Source: Candidatus Gottesmanbacteria bacterium | Lineage (GTDB): Bacteria > Patescibacteriota > Microgenomatia > UBA10105 > UBA927 | Assembly: GCA_963711735.1 (NCBI GenBank) | Contig: CAVQFA010000004.1 | Location: forward strand, 4,872-68,871 | Direction of reading: 5' to 3' | Length of the DNA: 64,000 nt | Shown here: piece by piece, positions 1 through 9,263 of the stretch | How the letters are laid out: every line of letters begins with the position of its first letter | How positions within the stretch are numbered: position 1 is the stretch's first letter | Program-made: the position numbers and the translations under genes | The notes under the pieces: generated by a model | Told to the model about the DNA's origin: nothing | Databases searched by the model: none | What the model saw: only the letters and a program-made list of their open reading frames with translations

Positions 1-497
1 TTTGGAATGACAATGAGCGTGTCTACTTTATCCTTAAGTTCCATAATACCCTCTTCAGCATTCACCATTCTTCTTGCCCCCTCAAAATGAAACGGTTTGG
101 TGACAACCGCTACTGTCAAAGCTCCCGTATCTTTTGCAAGCTGTGCGATAATCGGTGTTGCACCCGTTCCTGTTCCTCCGCCTTCTCCGCATGTGAGAAA
201 TACCATGTCCGAATCATGCAGAAATTCCTTGATTTTTTCCTTTGATTCTTCTGCCGCCTGTTTTCCGATCTCGGGATTTCCGCCGGCTCCGAGCCCGCGT
301 GTTAAATTATCACCGATCTGAATTTTATTGGGTGCCTGGGACAATAGAAGTGCCTGTGCATCAGTGTTTATTCCGACGAAATCGACACCTGCAATCTGAT
401 TTAAGGAAATCATGGAATTGATGGCGTTGCATCCACCGCCTCCTATCCCTATAACTTTAATCTTTGCGAATTTAGCAATATCTGGTTTAATAAGCAT
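1..497 (-). CDS. ftsZ: Cell division GTPase FtsZ, N-terminal part; the 3' end runs off the window
   Basis: Reverse-strand translation from the ATG at 497 gives [29 protein letters not shown]...[13 protein letters not shown], the tubulin/FtsZ GTP-binding signature. The frame stays open to position 1. Confidence 0.9.
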   Translation of the reverse strand, partial: MLIKPDIAKFAKIKVIGIGGGGCNAINSMISLNQIAGVDFVGINTDAQALLLSQAPNKIQIGDNLTRGLGAGGNPEIGKQAAEESKEKIKEFLHDSDMVFLTCGEGGGTGTGATPIIAQLAKDTGALTVAVVTKPFHFEGARRMVNAEEGIMELKDKVDTLIVIP

Positions 498-535
498 ATA
501 AAAATTATTGGACAGTATTTTTATCCAGTATAACA

Positions 536-568
536 ATATAACACATTTGCATTATTATAGTGTTATAA
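536..568 (-). promoter_or_regulatory. Imperfect inverted repeat (TATAACAC / GTGTTATA, 15-nt spacer) enclosing a perfect TATAAT, in the ftsA-ftsZ intergenic region
   Basis: Arms at 537-544 and 560-567. The minus-strand TATAAT is at 559-554, about 57 nt upstream of the ftsZ ATG. Confidence 0.4.
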
Positions 569-608
569 GGTTATGTTGGTAGAAGTTCTGGGCAGAAGTA
601 AATACTTT

Positions 609-1913
609 TTACGGCATTAATGACTTTACCAGATCTATAACCTTTCCCGCAATACCCTTCACCTGAATCTGATCTTTGAATTTTCCGAAATTCGAAAATA
701 ATGATACGCTTTCTCCTCTGTCAACCTTTGATCCGTAAAGAAGAAGCCCTGTGCATACTGCATAAGATGGCGTCATGATCTCATCGATCAGTCCCGAAAT
801 GTGTTTCGGAATTCCGATGTGTACCGGCATTGCTAAATTTTTTCTGGCAGCTTCTCCTGCACCTACCGTAAGAGAACCTCCTCCGGTTATAACAACACCG
901 GACGGAGTCATGCCTCCGAATCCGCTCCGTTTAATCTCAAGTCCGACCATGGTAAAAATTTCATTCAGTCTGGGTTTGATAATCCCTTCTATCAATGTTT
1001 TTTTTGATACGGACCGCATCTCTTCAGGGAGACCTAAGCGTGATAAATCTATCTCATCATCCTTATCCCCTTTCACGACCTTCGGGAGATGTGTATCCTG
1101 CACGGGAAGGCTTGGAAAATTCTGGCTTTCTGACAGAAATAGTTTTATTTTTTCTGCACTTTCCAAAGAGATTCTTAAACCTGCTGCCAAATCCTTTGTA
1201 ATATTTATGGCACCGATTGGAATGACCGATGAATATGACAAAGCCCCTTCTATAAAAACTGCAACATCCGTTGTCCCTCCGCCTATATCTATAACTACTA
1301 CACCAAGCTCTTTCTCAGTATCGCTTATTGACGATGCGGCAGATGCAAGTCCGGAAAATACAATCCCTGATACTTCAACTCCCAACTCTTCGACACACTT
1401 ATGTAAATTCCGTACTGCTGTGGCCCCTCCCGTTACAAGATGCGTATCTACTTCAAGACGAACGCCGCTCATACCGATCGGATCCATAATTCCTTCCTGA
1501 CCGTCAACAACATAGCCGCGCGGGAGAACATGAATAATCTCCCGTGAGGACGGTAACGAAACAGCTTTCGCTGCATCAATGACCCGTCGTACGTCTGCAT
1601 CAATTATCTCTTTATCAGGTTCGGAAACAGCAACAACACCATGAGAATTTATAGAGGAAATATGATTCCCCCCTACGGAAACATATGCCCTTGTTACCTG
1701 TGTACCTGCCATGCGTTCTGCTGATTCCAGAGATGATGAAATTGCTGCGGTTGCTTCCTCAATATTGACAACCTGGCCTTTCCGTATGCCTTTACTCACT
1801 ACTGTGGATACACCGATCACGCGGGCTTCGTCATCTTCGGTGATGGTAGCAATAATCGTTGATATTTTTGAAGTGCCAATATCTATCCCGGAAATGATTC
1901 GGTCTCGTGCCAT
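609..1913 (-). CDS. ftsA: Cell division protein FtsA (actin-like ATPase)
   Basis: ORF track protein of 434 aa with the FtsA N-terminus MARDRIISGIDIGTSKI and a DIGGGTTD phosphate-2 motif. It lies immediately upstream of ftsZ. Confidence 0.9.
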   Translation of the reverse strand: MARDRIISGIDIGTSKISTIIATITEDDEARVIGVSTVVSKGIRKGQVVNIEEATAAISSSLESAERMAGTQVTRAYVSVGGNHISSINSHGVVAVSEPDKEIIDADVRRVIDAAKAVSLPSSREIIHVLPRGYVVDGQEGIMDPIGMSGVRLEVDTHLVTGGATAVRNLHKCVEELGVEVSGIVFSGLASAASSISDTEKELGVVVIDIGGGTTDVAVFIEGALSYSSVIPIGAINITKDLAAGLRISLESAEKIKLFLSESQNFPSLPVQDTHLPKVVKGDKDDEIDLSRLGLPEEMRSVSKKTLIEGIIKPRLNEIFTMVGLEIKRSGFGGMTPSGVVITGGGSLTVGAGEAARKNLAMPVHIGIPKHISGLIDEIMTPSYAVCTGLLLYGSKVDRGESVSLFSNFGKFKDQIQVKGIAGKVIDLVKSLMP

Positions 1914-1916
1914 ACG

Positions 1917-2645
1917 TTACATTTCGACAACTGGTTTGGCAAACCGGAGATTAATACGTGCCGGTGTTGTCCCTTTCATTCTAAACCGATTCATGATTGT
2001 TTGTAAAGTAGTGACAATACCTGGAATATCCGCGTCATGAGCAATAAATATGTCTGATTTACCCAGTTTAAATTGATAATACTCTCTATCCCGTATTGTA
2101 AGTTCTGTTATGTTTTCCCCCGCATTAAATAACGCACGGATAAGCGTAAGACCGTGAACACATTGTATATCCGTAATTTTCTGATTGACAACAATCGGCA
2201 CAGTACATCCGTACAAAATCGGTTTTATATCCACTGGTTTGCTTTCCTGATAAGAAGACAAGACAAATCCTGTCTCGTCAACCATCGCATATCCGTTTTC
2301 GTAAGCAACGGATGCCATGGGAGTTTTGGAAACGAGGTCCAAAACAAGGGTACCCGGATATTTTTTATATATTTCTACTTGTGATAATTCCGGATGAGCA
2401 AAACGAATTTCATTCGCAATTGATGAAGTTGCGATAAACGGTAATAGTGTTCCTAATTTTTTTGGATCGATTGAAATTTTTATATCCGAACCGATGATTT
2501 CAATCCGGCGGATACGAAACAATGTCTGTGTTATGAGTACCAAAGAATATAATCCTGCTGCAACACAAACCAATGAAATAAAAATACGAAAAGTCCAAAG
2601 ACGGTATACCCTATTCCGTAGTACGTTACTTCCTGATGTATTCAT
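1917..2645 (-). CDS. ftsQ: FtsQ/DivIB-type cell division protein (N-terminal TM plus POTRA)
   Basis: 242 aa with a single N-terminal TM segment, at the conserved dcw position between murG and ftsA. Confidence 0.7.
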   Translation of the reverse strand: MNTSGSNVLRNRVYRLWTFRIFISLVCVAAGLYSLVLITQTLFRIRRIEIIGSDIKISIDPKKLGTLLPFIATSSIANEIRFAHPELSQVEIYKKYPGTLVLDLVSKTPMASVAYENGYAMVDETGFVLSSYQESKPVDIKPILYGCTVPIVVNQKITDIQCVHGLTLIRALFNAGENITELTIRDREYYQFKLGKSDIFIAHDADIPGIVTTLQTIMNRFRMKGTTPARINLRFAKPVVEM

Positions 2646-2654
2646 GGGATTACA

Positions 2655-3785
2655 CTAGCTGATAAGTTTTTGAATTTGCTCAACGACACTCTCTGCTGCG
2701 TGTATAGAACGGGAAATCGAAGGGTGTTTTTCAGTTTTAACATTTGCCGTATCCAAAGATAAAACAGACTGAATAGCTTCAAGAAGCGTCTGCGAAGTTG
2801 CTTTTTCCTGGGGTAAAACTATTGCAGTACCGTAATCACTGAGAAATTCTGCGTTTTTCTGCTGTTCTTCTTTCGAACTCCATGGTAACGGTATGAGAAC
2901 CGATGGTCTTCCTACAACACCCAATTCAAATACGGTGTTTGCTCCTGATCTGGCGATGACTACCCGGCAATGGTGTAAATACCACGCATGATCATCGGAA
3001 TCGATATAGGAATAGACATGATACCGTTTTTGTTTTTCTTTTGAAAGAGTATTTTTAAATGCTAGGGCGTGCTCCTCCCATTTTCTGCCGACCTGATGAA
3101 CGACATCAAACGTATCCGTGAGTTCCGGTACAATCTGATAAATAAGTTCATTTATGAACATCGATCCCGTTGTACCGCCGAGAATATAGATAAAATTCGA
3201 ACTATTTAAAGTAGTATTTTGTATCTGTGATGGCGGTGAAAGAATGGAGCTTCTGATCGGAAGACCGGTAAATACAACCTTATTTTTCGGGAAATATCGC
3301 GCAACTGAAGTATCCACAACATACACGTTCCGCGCAAGGAGCGATATAAATCTGTTCGCTTTTCCGGAGGTAAATGTTTGTTCATGCGTGACGATAGGAA
3401 TACGTAAGAAGTATGCGGCAACAGCGATGGGAACGGCTACATACCCGCCGAATGTCAGAACGACATGGGGGTGAATTTTACGAAGACGGATTATACTCTG
3501 GATGACACTTTTTACCAGTATCGCCCCTGCGATGAACCCGGAAAAAACAGAAAATTCTGTTGACCGAACTGCCTGTATAGGGAGAAATCGGACATGAAGT
3601 GTATTCATTACGCGCTCTTCTTCAGACACTACCGTATCACCCCTAAATGTATGTGTTCTTCCTGTAAAATATATCTGCCAATCAGGATATTTATTCTGCA
3701 TGCATTCTATAACAGCAACTGCCGGAGAAAGATGTCCTCCTGTTATGAGAACGCGCATGCTATTCTGTTTTGACGTTTTATCCAT
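2655..3785 (-). CDS. murG: UDP-N-acetylglucosamine--N-acetylmuramyl-(pentapeptide) pyrophosphoryl-undecaprenol N-acetylglucosamine transferase MurG
   Basis: 376 aa, starting VLITGGHLSPAVAVIE in a GT28 fold, at the dcw position after ftsW. Confidence 0.85.
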   Translation of the reverse strand: MDKTSKQNSMRVLITGGHLSPAVAVIECMQNKYPDWQIYFTGRTHTFRGDTVVSEEERVMNTLHVRFLPIQAVRSTEFSVFSGFIAGAILVKSVIQSIIRLRKIHPHVVLTFGGYVAVPIAVAAYFLRIPIVTHEQTFTSGKANRFISLLARNVYVVDTSVARYFPKNKVVFTGLPIRSSILSPPSQIQNTTLNSSNFIYILGGTTGSMFINELIYQIVPELTDTFDVVHQVGRKWEEHALAFKNTLSKEKQKRYHVYSYIDSDDHAWYLHHCRVVIARSGANTVFELGVVGRPSVLIPLPWSSKEEQQKNAEFLSDYGTAIVLPQEKATSQTLLEAIQSVLSLDTANVKTEKHPSISRSIHAAESVVEQIQKLIS

Positions 3786-4932
3786 AATCGGTATATCTGC
3801 TGATATTTAAAACAAGTCCGAATGCAGCAAGCATAACAACAAGATTTGATCCCCCGTATGATATAAGCGGTAATGGTATGCCGGTCATAGGTAGTATAGA
3901 TACTATAGCACCTATATTACAGACGGATTGAAATCCAAACCAAACCATGACACCGCCTGCGATAAGTGAACCGAACCGATCTCCGGTATGCATGGAAATT
4001 CTTGCAAGCCGGTTGATAATGACGATAAAAATCAAAATAACAAACACAGACCCGACAAATCCGGTCTCTTCGGAAATGATTGCAAATATAGAATCAGTAT
4101 TTGCTTCCGGCAGATATTCATATTTCTGACGGGATTTCCCAAGACCCACACCAGTTACTCCGCCTGACCCGACTGCAATCAGTGCCTGTCGTACCTGATA
4201 TGAGGCGCCCTGCGGATCCGACTCCGGATTTATGAAAGACACGAGACGTTTCACCCTATATGGCGACACGAGACTTAAAACAATAATTGCCGTTATTCCA
4301 AGAGGAATCAAAATTGCCATATACCGCAAACGTGCACCGGATATAAAGTACATAAATACCGATATGCTTCCGAGAATGATTGCTGTTCCCAAATCCGGTT
4401 CCAGAACTATAAGTCCGACCATAACAGCGAGAAAAAAAAGGAATGCCACAAAATGTTTTTTTTCGGGATTGGACAACCATGCAGCAAGATAGATAACAGC
4501 AGTTAACTTTGCAAGTTCTGCTGACTGAAAAACATGTGTACCGATACGTATCCATCTGAATGCTCCGTATGCCCGCACACCAAGTCCGGGTATAAATACG
4601 GCGATTAATAACCCGATAGTTATAAAAAGGAGAGGAATCGCGAGTATCCGTATTTTTCTGTAGTCAATGAATACTCCTGCCAAGAAGACCGTTATTCCTA
4701 TTGCAAACCAACGGGCCTGCTCACGGACATAATAAAGAGGATCCTGAAAATCACGAATAGCAAGTACTACAGAGGAATTATACACCATGAGCAAACCGAA
4801 CAACGCAAGAAAGATAACCGATAAAAAAAGTACAACATCCGGAATTCCTTTCTTTTTTATTTTACCGATATGTCGTACGTGCGTTGGTAACATACAATGT
4901 ATTTCTATTGTACGGGGTACATCTGTCAGCAA
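3778..4932 (-). CDS. ftsW: FtsW/RodA/SpoVE family peptidoglycan glycosyltransferase (SEDS)
   Basis: 384 aa polytopic membrane protein, at the dcw position between murG and mraY. It overlaps murG by 8 bp. Confidence 0.85.
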   Translation of the reverse strand: MLTDVPRTIEIHCMLPTHVRHIGKIKKKGIPDVVLFLSVIFLALFGLLMVYNSSVVLAIRDFQDPLYYVREQARWFAIGITVFLAGVFIDYRKIRILAIPLLFITIGLLIAVFIPGLGVRAYGAFRWIRIGTHVFQSAELAKLTAVIYLAAWLSNPEKKHFVAFLFFLAVMVGLIVLEPDLGTAIILGSISVFMYFISGARLRYMAILIPLGITAIIVLSLVSPYRVKRLVSFINPESDPQGASYQVRQALIAVGSGGVTGVGLGKSRQKYEYLPEANTDSIFAIISEETGFVGSVFVILIFIVIINRLARISMHTGDRFGSLIAGGVMVWFGFQSVCNIGAIVSILPMTGIPLPLISYGGSNLVVMLAAFGLVLNISRYTDYG

Positions 4933-5720
4933 TCAATGTGATTTACCGATATAGGCCTTGCTAACAGCTTGGACGCTATACGCGTAACGTGTGTCGCGCT
5001 TCCTGTGGTATAGAGACGGTGTTTCGGAGGTGTTTCTGATACTCGAAGGTCATTATTATGTTCTAAAATCCGCTTCGTATGCCGCGCAACCGCTTCTCCG
5101 CTATCGAGAAGACGCACATTTTTTCCTATGATGGATTGGATTTCACGTATGATAAACGGATAGTGTGTACATCCAAGCGCTATGATATCTATAGTACTTT
5201 TTTTTACGGGTGATAAAAGCTTGGATAATTCCTCATGTATAACCCGTCCGCTCACGGTGCCGTCCTCTATGAGGGTAACCAGATTCGGACACCCTATGGT
5301 AGTTACATGGCGATCTTTAGCGTACTGTTTGATTAAATCAGTATGATATGAACTTTTTGCAGTAAATTCCGTTGTCAGTACGGCAAAATGACCTGTTTTT
5401 GTATCATGTGCGGCAGTTTTTACTACGGGTACTACGCCGATTATAGGAAGCTTCGGAAAAGTTTTCCGGTATTTATCTATACCGGCAACGGTTGCAGTAT
5501 TGCACGCAATGACTGCGAGTTTGACGTTCTGACTGGTGAACCATCGTAATATGGCAATTATGCGTTTACGGATAAATGATGCACCCTTATTACCATACGG
5601 AACATATGCATGATCTCCTACATAAAGCGTTGATTCATGAGGCAGAAGGACGGTTATATCTTTCCATACGGATAAACCGCCCAAACCTGAATCTATAATA
5701 CCAATGGGTGAATCAGACAT
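4926..5720 (-). CDS. murI: Glutamate racemase MurI
   Basis: N-terminus IGIIDSGLGGLSV and a second active-site region IIALGCTHYP, both typical of glutamate racemase. Confidence 0.85.
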   Translation of the reverse strand: MSDSPIGIIDSGLGGLSVWKDITVLLPHESTLYVGDHAYVPYGNKGASFIRKRIIAILRWFTSQNVKLAVIACNTATVAGIDKYRKTFPKLPIIGVVPVVKTAAHDTKTGHFAVLTTEFTAKSSYHTDLIKQYAKDRHVTTIGCPNLVTLIEDGTVSGRVIHEELSKLLSPVKKSTIDIIALGCTHYPFIIREIQSIIGKNVRLLDSGEAVARHTKRILEHNNDLRVSETPPKHRLYTTGSATHVTRIASKLLARPISVNHIDC

Positions 5721-5745
5721 ATTTTTACGGTAATTACGGCTTTTC

Positions 5746-6792
5746 TTATACTGACGGGGTTTTCAGTAATGCCAACAATAACCCGAACATTGCAAGAACT
5801 ATCGCTAAAATCCAAAACCGCATGACGATTTTAGGTTCCTCCCACCCGTAATATTGCAGCCACAAATGTAAAGGTGCAGCCGCAAATACCTTTTTACCAA
5901 GATATTTTTTCGACATAAGCTGTATAAAAGATGACAGAACTTCTGCGATATATAGTCCTCCGATGACAAGGAGTATCGGTGCTTTACCCAGAACTAGCGC
6001 AACGACCGCAAGCGTTGCGCCAAACGATAAAGATCCTACATCACCCAAAAATATACGTGCGGGGTATACGTTGAAATACAGGAAAGCGATGATTGAGCCC
6101 AACCATAGTGCTATAAACACTGAAAGAGGTGTATCAAGTATAGATGCAGAAACGATTGAGAAAGCCGCAAGTGCAATCATGAGTATTCCGGATGCCAGAC
6201 CGTCCAATCCGTCAGTTATGTTAAATGCGTTGGAGAACGCAATGATGACAAATACCGCAAACGGAATGAATAACCACCCCATATGGAGAACTCCGATGAA
6301 CGGTATATAAAAAATGGATATTTTTAAATCAAAAAATAACCAGCCGGCGACTATACACGCAAGTACAATTTCCAATAATAATTTATGTCTGAGTTTGAGG
6401 CCGAGAAAACCGGTCTGCGCCCAAACAAAAGTTTTTTTCATGTCATCCAGAAGCCCGAGCATTCCGAATCCGATAAAAGTAAATAAAATAATTTTTATTT
6501 CATGGAACATTGGGTATACCGAAGTCACCGGTATCCAAAAATACCTCATGATGAGCAGACACACGGGAAGGAGTACGCTTGTCAGAGCAATTATAAGAAT
6601 GCCTCCTCCTACCGGTGTCCCTGCTTTTTTACTGTGAAATTTATCGAATATGGGGGTTCTTTTATTAAATGCATCCAATGTTATCTGCTTCATTCTCTGA
6701 AACCGCCAGTGGTATAGTATCCGGATAAACGGAATGAAAAGTATTGAACTCAAAATCCACGATAATAATAAGATAATAAGTAATCCGGCCAT
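5746..6792 (-). CDS. mraY: Phospho-N-acetylmuramoyl-pentapeptide transferase MraY
   Basis: 348 aa polytopic protein carrying MraY/WecA family motifs, including NAFNITDGLDGLA. Confidence 0.9.
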   Translation of the reverse strand: MAGLLIILLLSWILSSILFIPFIRILYHWRFQRMKQITLDAFNKRTPIFDKFHSKKAGTPVGGGILIIALTSVLLPVCLLIMRYFWIPVTSVYPMFHEIKIILFTFIGFGMLGLLDDMKKTFVWAQTGFLGLKLRHKLLLEIVLACIVAGWLFFDLKISIFYIPFIGVLHMGWLFIPFAVFVIIAFSNAFNITDGLDGLASGILMIALAAFSIVSASILDTPLSVFIALWLGSIIAFLYFNVYPARIFLGDVGSLSFGATLAVVALVLGKAPILLVIGGLYIAEVLSSFIQLMSKKYLGKKVFAAAPLHLWLQYYGWEEPKIVMRFWILAIVLAMFGLLLALLKTPSV

Positions 6793-6799
6793 ACAATTA

Positions 6800-7177
6800 T
6801 TATGATCCGCTGAAACGGGCTATGAAACGGGGTAAAAATATACTGAACGCAACAACAATTGCGCCTACTGCGACTATAAGCATCATACCTGCGGATACGT
6901 CTTTTGCAACTTTCGCATCTTCACTGTATTCCTTCCGGATCAGATCAGTCATCGCCTCCATGCTCGTGTTTATCATCTCAACTGTTAAACCGAGAAGAAT
7001 GGTAAAAATAATTATTAAAAATTCTACAGGTGTAATTCGGAAATACACACTGAGTACCATCGCGAGCGCTGACAGTACAAAATGCACGCGGAAATTGGGT
7101 TGGGTCCGTAAAGCCCACTTTAATCCATCCAATGCATGAATAAATGATATTGTATGTTTTCGGAAAACTTCTTTCAT
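6800..7177 (-). CDS. dgkA: Diacylglycerol/undecaprenol kinase DgkA family
   Basis: 125 aa, three TM segments, typical prokaryotic DAGK size and hydropathy, in a cell-wall context. Confidence 0.7.
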   Translation of the reverse strand: MKEVFRKHTISFIHALDGLKWALRTQPNFRVHFVLSALAMVLSVYFRITPVEFLIIIFTILLGLTVEMINTSMEAMTDLIRKEYSEDAKVAKDVSAGMMLIVAVGAIVVAFSIFLPRFIARFSGS

Positions 7178-7182
7178 ACGAT

Positions 7183-7524
7183 TCAGGAACGTATAAGAGA
7201 TCGTAATACAGCAAGTAATACACCGTATAAAAGTGAGCCGAGAATTGCGCTTCCAAACCCCCGTATATCAAATCCGGGCGTGAGAACGGATGTCAGTAAA
7301 AAAAGCAGAGCGTTGATGATAAGAATAAATAATCCGAAAGTAATGATTGTAATTGGTAAGGATATAATTACCAATAAAGGTTTAATACCTATATTTACGA
7401 TACCCATGATGACAACTGCTATTAGAGCGCTCCCAAAACCATCTAGAATAACACCGGGAATGATACGGGAAACCATATAGAGGGCAAGACCCGAAAGAAT
7501 CCACTGAACCACTATATCAACCAT
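7183..7524 (-). CDS. DUF360 / phage-holin-4-like small membrane protein
   Basis: 113 aa with four TM helices, starting MVDIVVQWILSGLALYMVSRIIPGV. Confidence 0.55.
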   Translation of the reverse strand: MVDIVVQWILSGLALYMVSRIIPGVILDGFGSALIAVVIMGIVNIGIKPLLVIISLPITIITFGLFILIINALLFLLTSVLTPGFDIRGFGSAILGSLLYGVLLAVLRSLIRS

Positions 7525-7620
7525 ATAGACTCTATTGTATCATTCCTTGGGAAATTCATCACAACAAGTGTTAACAATACCATACGTATGATAAAGGCCG
7601 TATAAAAGAGGCTACTTAAT

Positions 7621-8259
7621 TTAAATTTCGTGGCTATGTTTTTCCCTTCCGATCGTTGTAGTATCTCCGTGTCCGGGATACACAACGGTATTTTCAGGAA
7701 GCATAAACAGATTCTGTATAGATATGTTCATCCGATCAGATCTGCTATAAGAAAAATCTGTTCTTCCCACTCCCCCTTGGGCAAAAAGCGTATCTCCCGA
7801 AAGAAGTATTGACTGTGTTGGACAGTATAAACAAATACTGCCCGGTGTATGTCCGGGTGTATGAATAACTGAAAATGCATTTGCGTTAAGACGGATTGTC
7901 ATATGGGGCTTTAGAGGCAGAAAATCAGGAGGCGGTGGGTCAATCACCGGCATTCCTAAAAAATGCTCTGCACTTTCTCTCATTCGCTCTGTCAGGAATT
8001 TATCATCAGGATGGATCATAAACGGAATTGCATAAGCTGACATGAGTTCAAATGCTGACATAATATGATCAAAATGACCGTGAGTCGCAATGATACCTAA
8101 AGGGTGAAGGGAATATGTCTGAATTTTCCCGGCAATATACTCTCCGTCATCACCGGGGTCTATGATGTACGCGTTACCGGTTGACGAATCCGAAATGATA
8201 TAACAATTTGTCTGATAGCTGCCGACGGGGAATGTTTTGATGTCGATTGTTCCGCCCAT
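7621..8259 (-). CDS. MBL-fold metallo-hydrolase
   Basis: Contains HGHFDH (HxHxDH) and downstream His/Asp ligands. 212 aa. Confidence 0.75.
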   Translation of the reverse strand: MGGTIDIKTFPVGSYQTNCYIISDSSTGNAYIIDPGDDGEYIAGKIQTYSLHPLGIIATHGHFDHIMSAFELMSAYAIPFMIHPDDKFLTERMRESAEHFLGMPVIDPPPPDFLPLKPHMTIRLNANAFSVIHTPGHTPGSICLYCPTQSILLSGDTLFAQGGVGRTDFSYSRSDRMNISIQNLFMLPENTVVYPGHGDTTTIGREKHSHEI

Positions 8260-8267
8260 GGGGTATA

Positions 8268-9251
8268 TTATAGTTTTCCCGCAGTAAGTATCGTTATCAT
8301 TATGCCCTGACCACCCGTTTCGATAATTCCGATACCCAGATACCGATATTTGGGAAACAATATATTTGACGTAAAATCCGGAATTGTTGAGAGATTTGCA
8401 ATCGCGGAATATATGGTCGGTGCAAAAACGACAATATCACTCATGTCATCCGTCCGAATATCGCTGCCTATTGAATTTTCTTTAAACAACCTGCTATTTA
8501 TGTCTATATGAGATACCGATCCACTCAGAAGCATTGATCTCGAATGTATCCGTGCAATTTTTTGCAGAGTGGGATTTACTTCAATTTTTGGCTGGGCATT
8601 ATGCAATCTTTCGTTAGCAATATACGTATATAAAATATTTTCCGAATTTGCGTCCTCCAGTAAATTCCATTCCTGTACGCGAAACGGAATAGCCATACTT
8701 TGATGTTCATTAGGACCTAATGCTAACATGACCGGTTTTTTGTTCTCTTCATGGGATATGCGGTGTATGACAGGGCTGTATTTTGATCCGTAGAATATCA
8801 TGAGCTGTGATAACCTGGATGACTGGAGCGAATCGGATAATACACCGTCAAACGGAAGGATAAGGAGCGTCAGTTCAACAAAACCTATGATAATTATTGT
8901 CTGCGGAATGGACACGACAATCCCGAAAATTCTGTCCCATATGTGCCTGATATGGTTTTTAAAAAGTGGTTGAATAATGAGAAGAAAAACAGACAATAAA
9001 AGAGGGGTTATAAGCACCAAAACGAGAAATCCAATACCCGATGACAATGATGCAGTTATACCTGTATATCGTGTTATAAATTCGCCGACAACCCGATGAT
9101 ATGAAAGTGCCGTGATTCCAGCGATCATTGACGCTGTAATTCCCATTGTCAGTTCTATAGCACCGATCTGCCAACCTTCAAGAGCAAAAGCGAGAAATGC
9201 AAAAATAATAAGGATATCAATCCAATTTAAACCCCAGACAGAAATATCCAT
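8268..9251 (-). CDS. CvpA-family membrane protein with a C-terminal extracytoplasmic domain, possibly CAP/YkwD-like
   Basis: The N-terminal ~160 aa hold 4 TM segments arranged like CvpA. The ~150-aa C-terminal soluble domain has a weak resemblance to CAP domains (HSRSM...YLGIGI). Confidence 0.5.
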   Translation of the reverse strand: MDISVWGLNWIDILIIFAFLAFALEGWQIGAIELTMGITASMIAGITALSYHRVVGEFITRYTGITASLSSGIGFLVLVLITPLLLSVFLLIIQPLFKNHIRHIWDRIFGIVVSIPQTIIIIGFVELTLLILPFDGVLSDSLQSSRLSQLMIFYGSKYSPVIHRISHEENKKPVMLALGPNEHQSMAIPFRVQEWNLLEDANSENILYTYIANERLHNAQPKIEVNPTLQKIARIHSRSMLLSGSVSHIDINSRLFKENSIGSDIRTDDMSDIVVFAPTIYSAIANLSTIPDFTSNILFPKYRYLGIGIIETGGQGIMITILTAGKL

Positions 9252-9263
9252 ATTAATTACATA

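Noticed and set aside
775-1500. 241-aa plus-strand ORF, along with the many other plus-strand ORFs in the track (e.g. 1711-2040, 5963-6310, 11595-11921, 16798-17319, 17748-18323, 52548-53093)
   Set aside because: Every one is antisense to a minus-strand gene with strong family signatures. Their composition is low-complexity (Pro/Ser/Thr/Arg-rich), and none has family motifs or an RBS.
7183-7524. Holin-like protein as a sign of a prophage
   Set aside because: No other phage genes are adjacent (integrase, terminase, capsid). DUF360 proteins are widespread chromosomal membrane proteins. The context is the dcw cluster.
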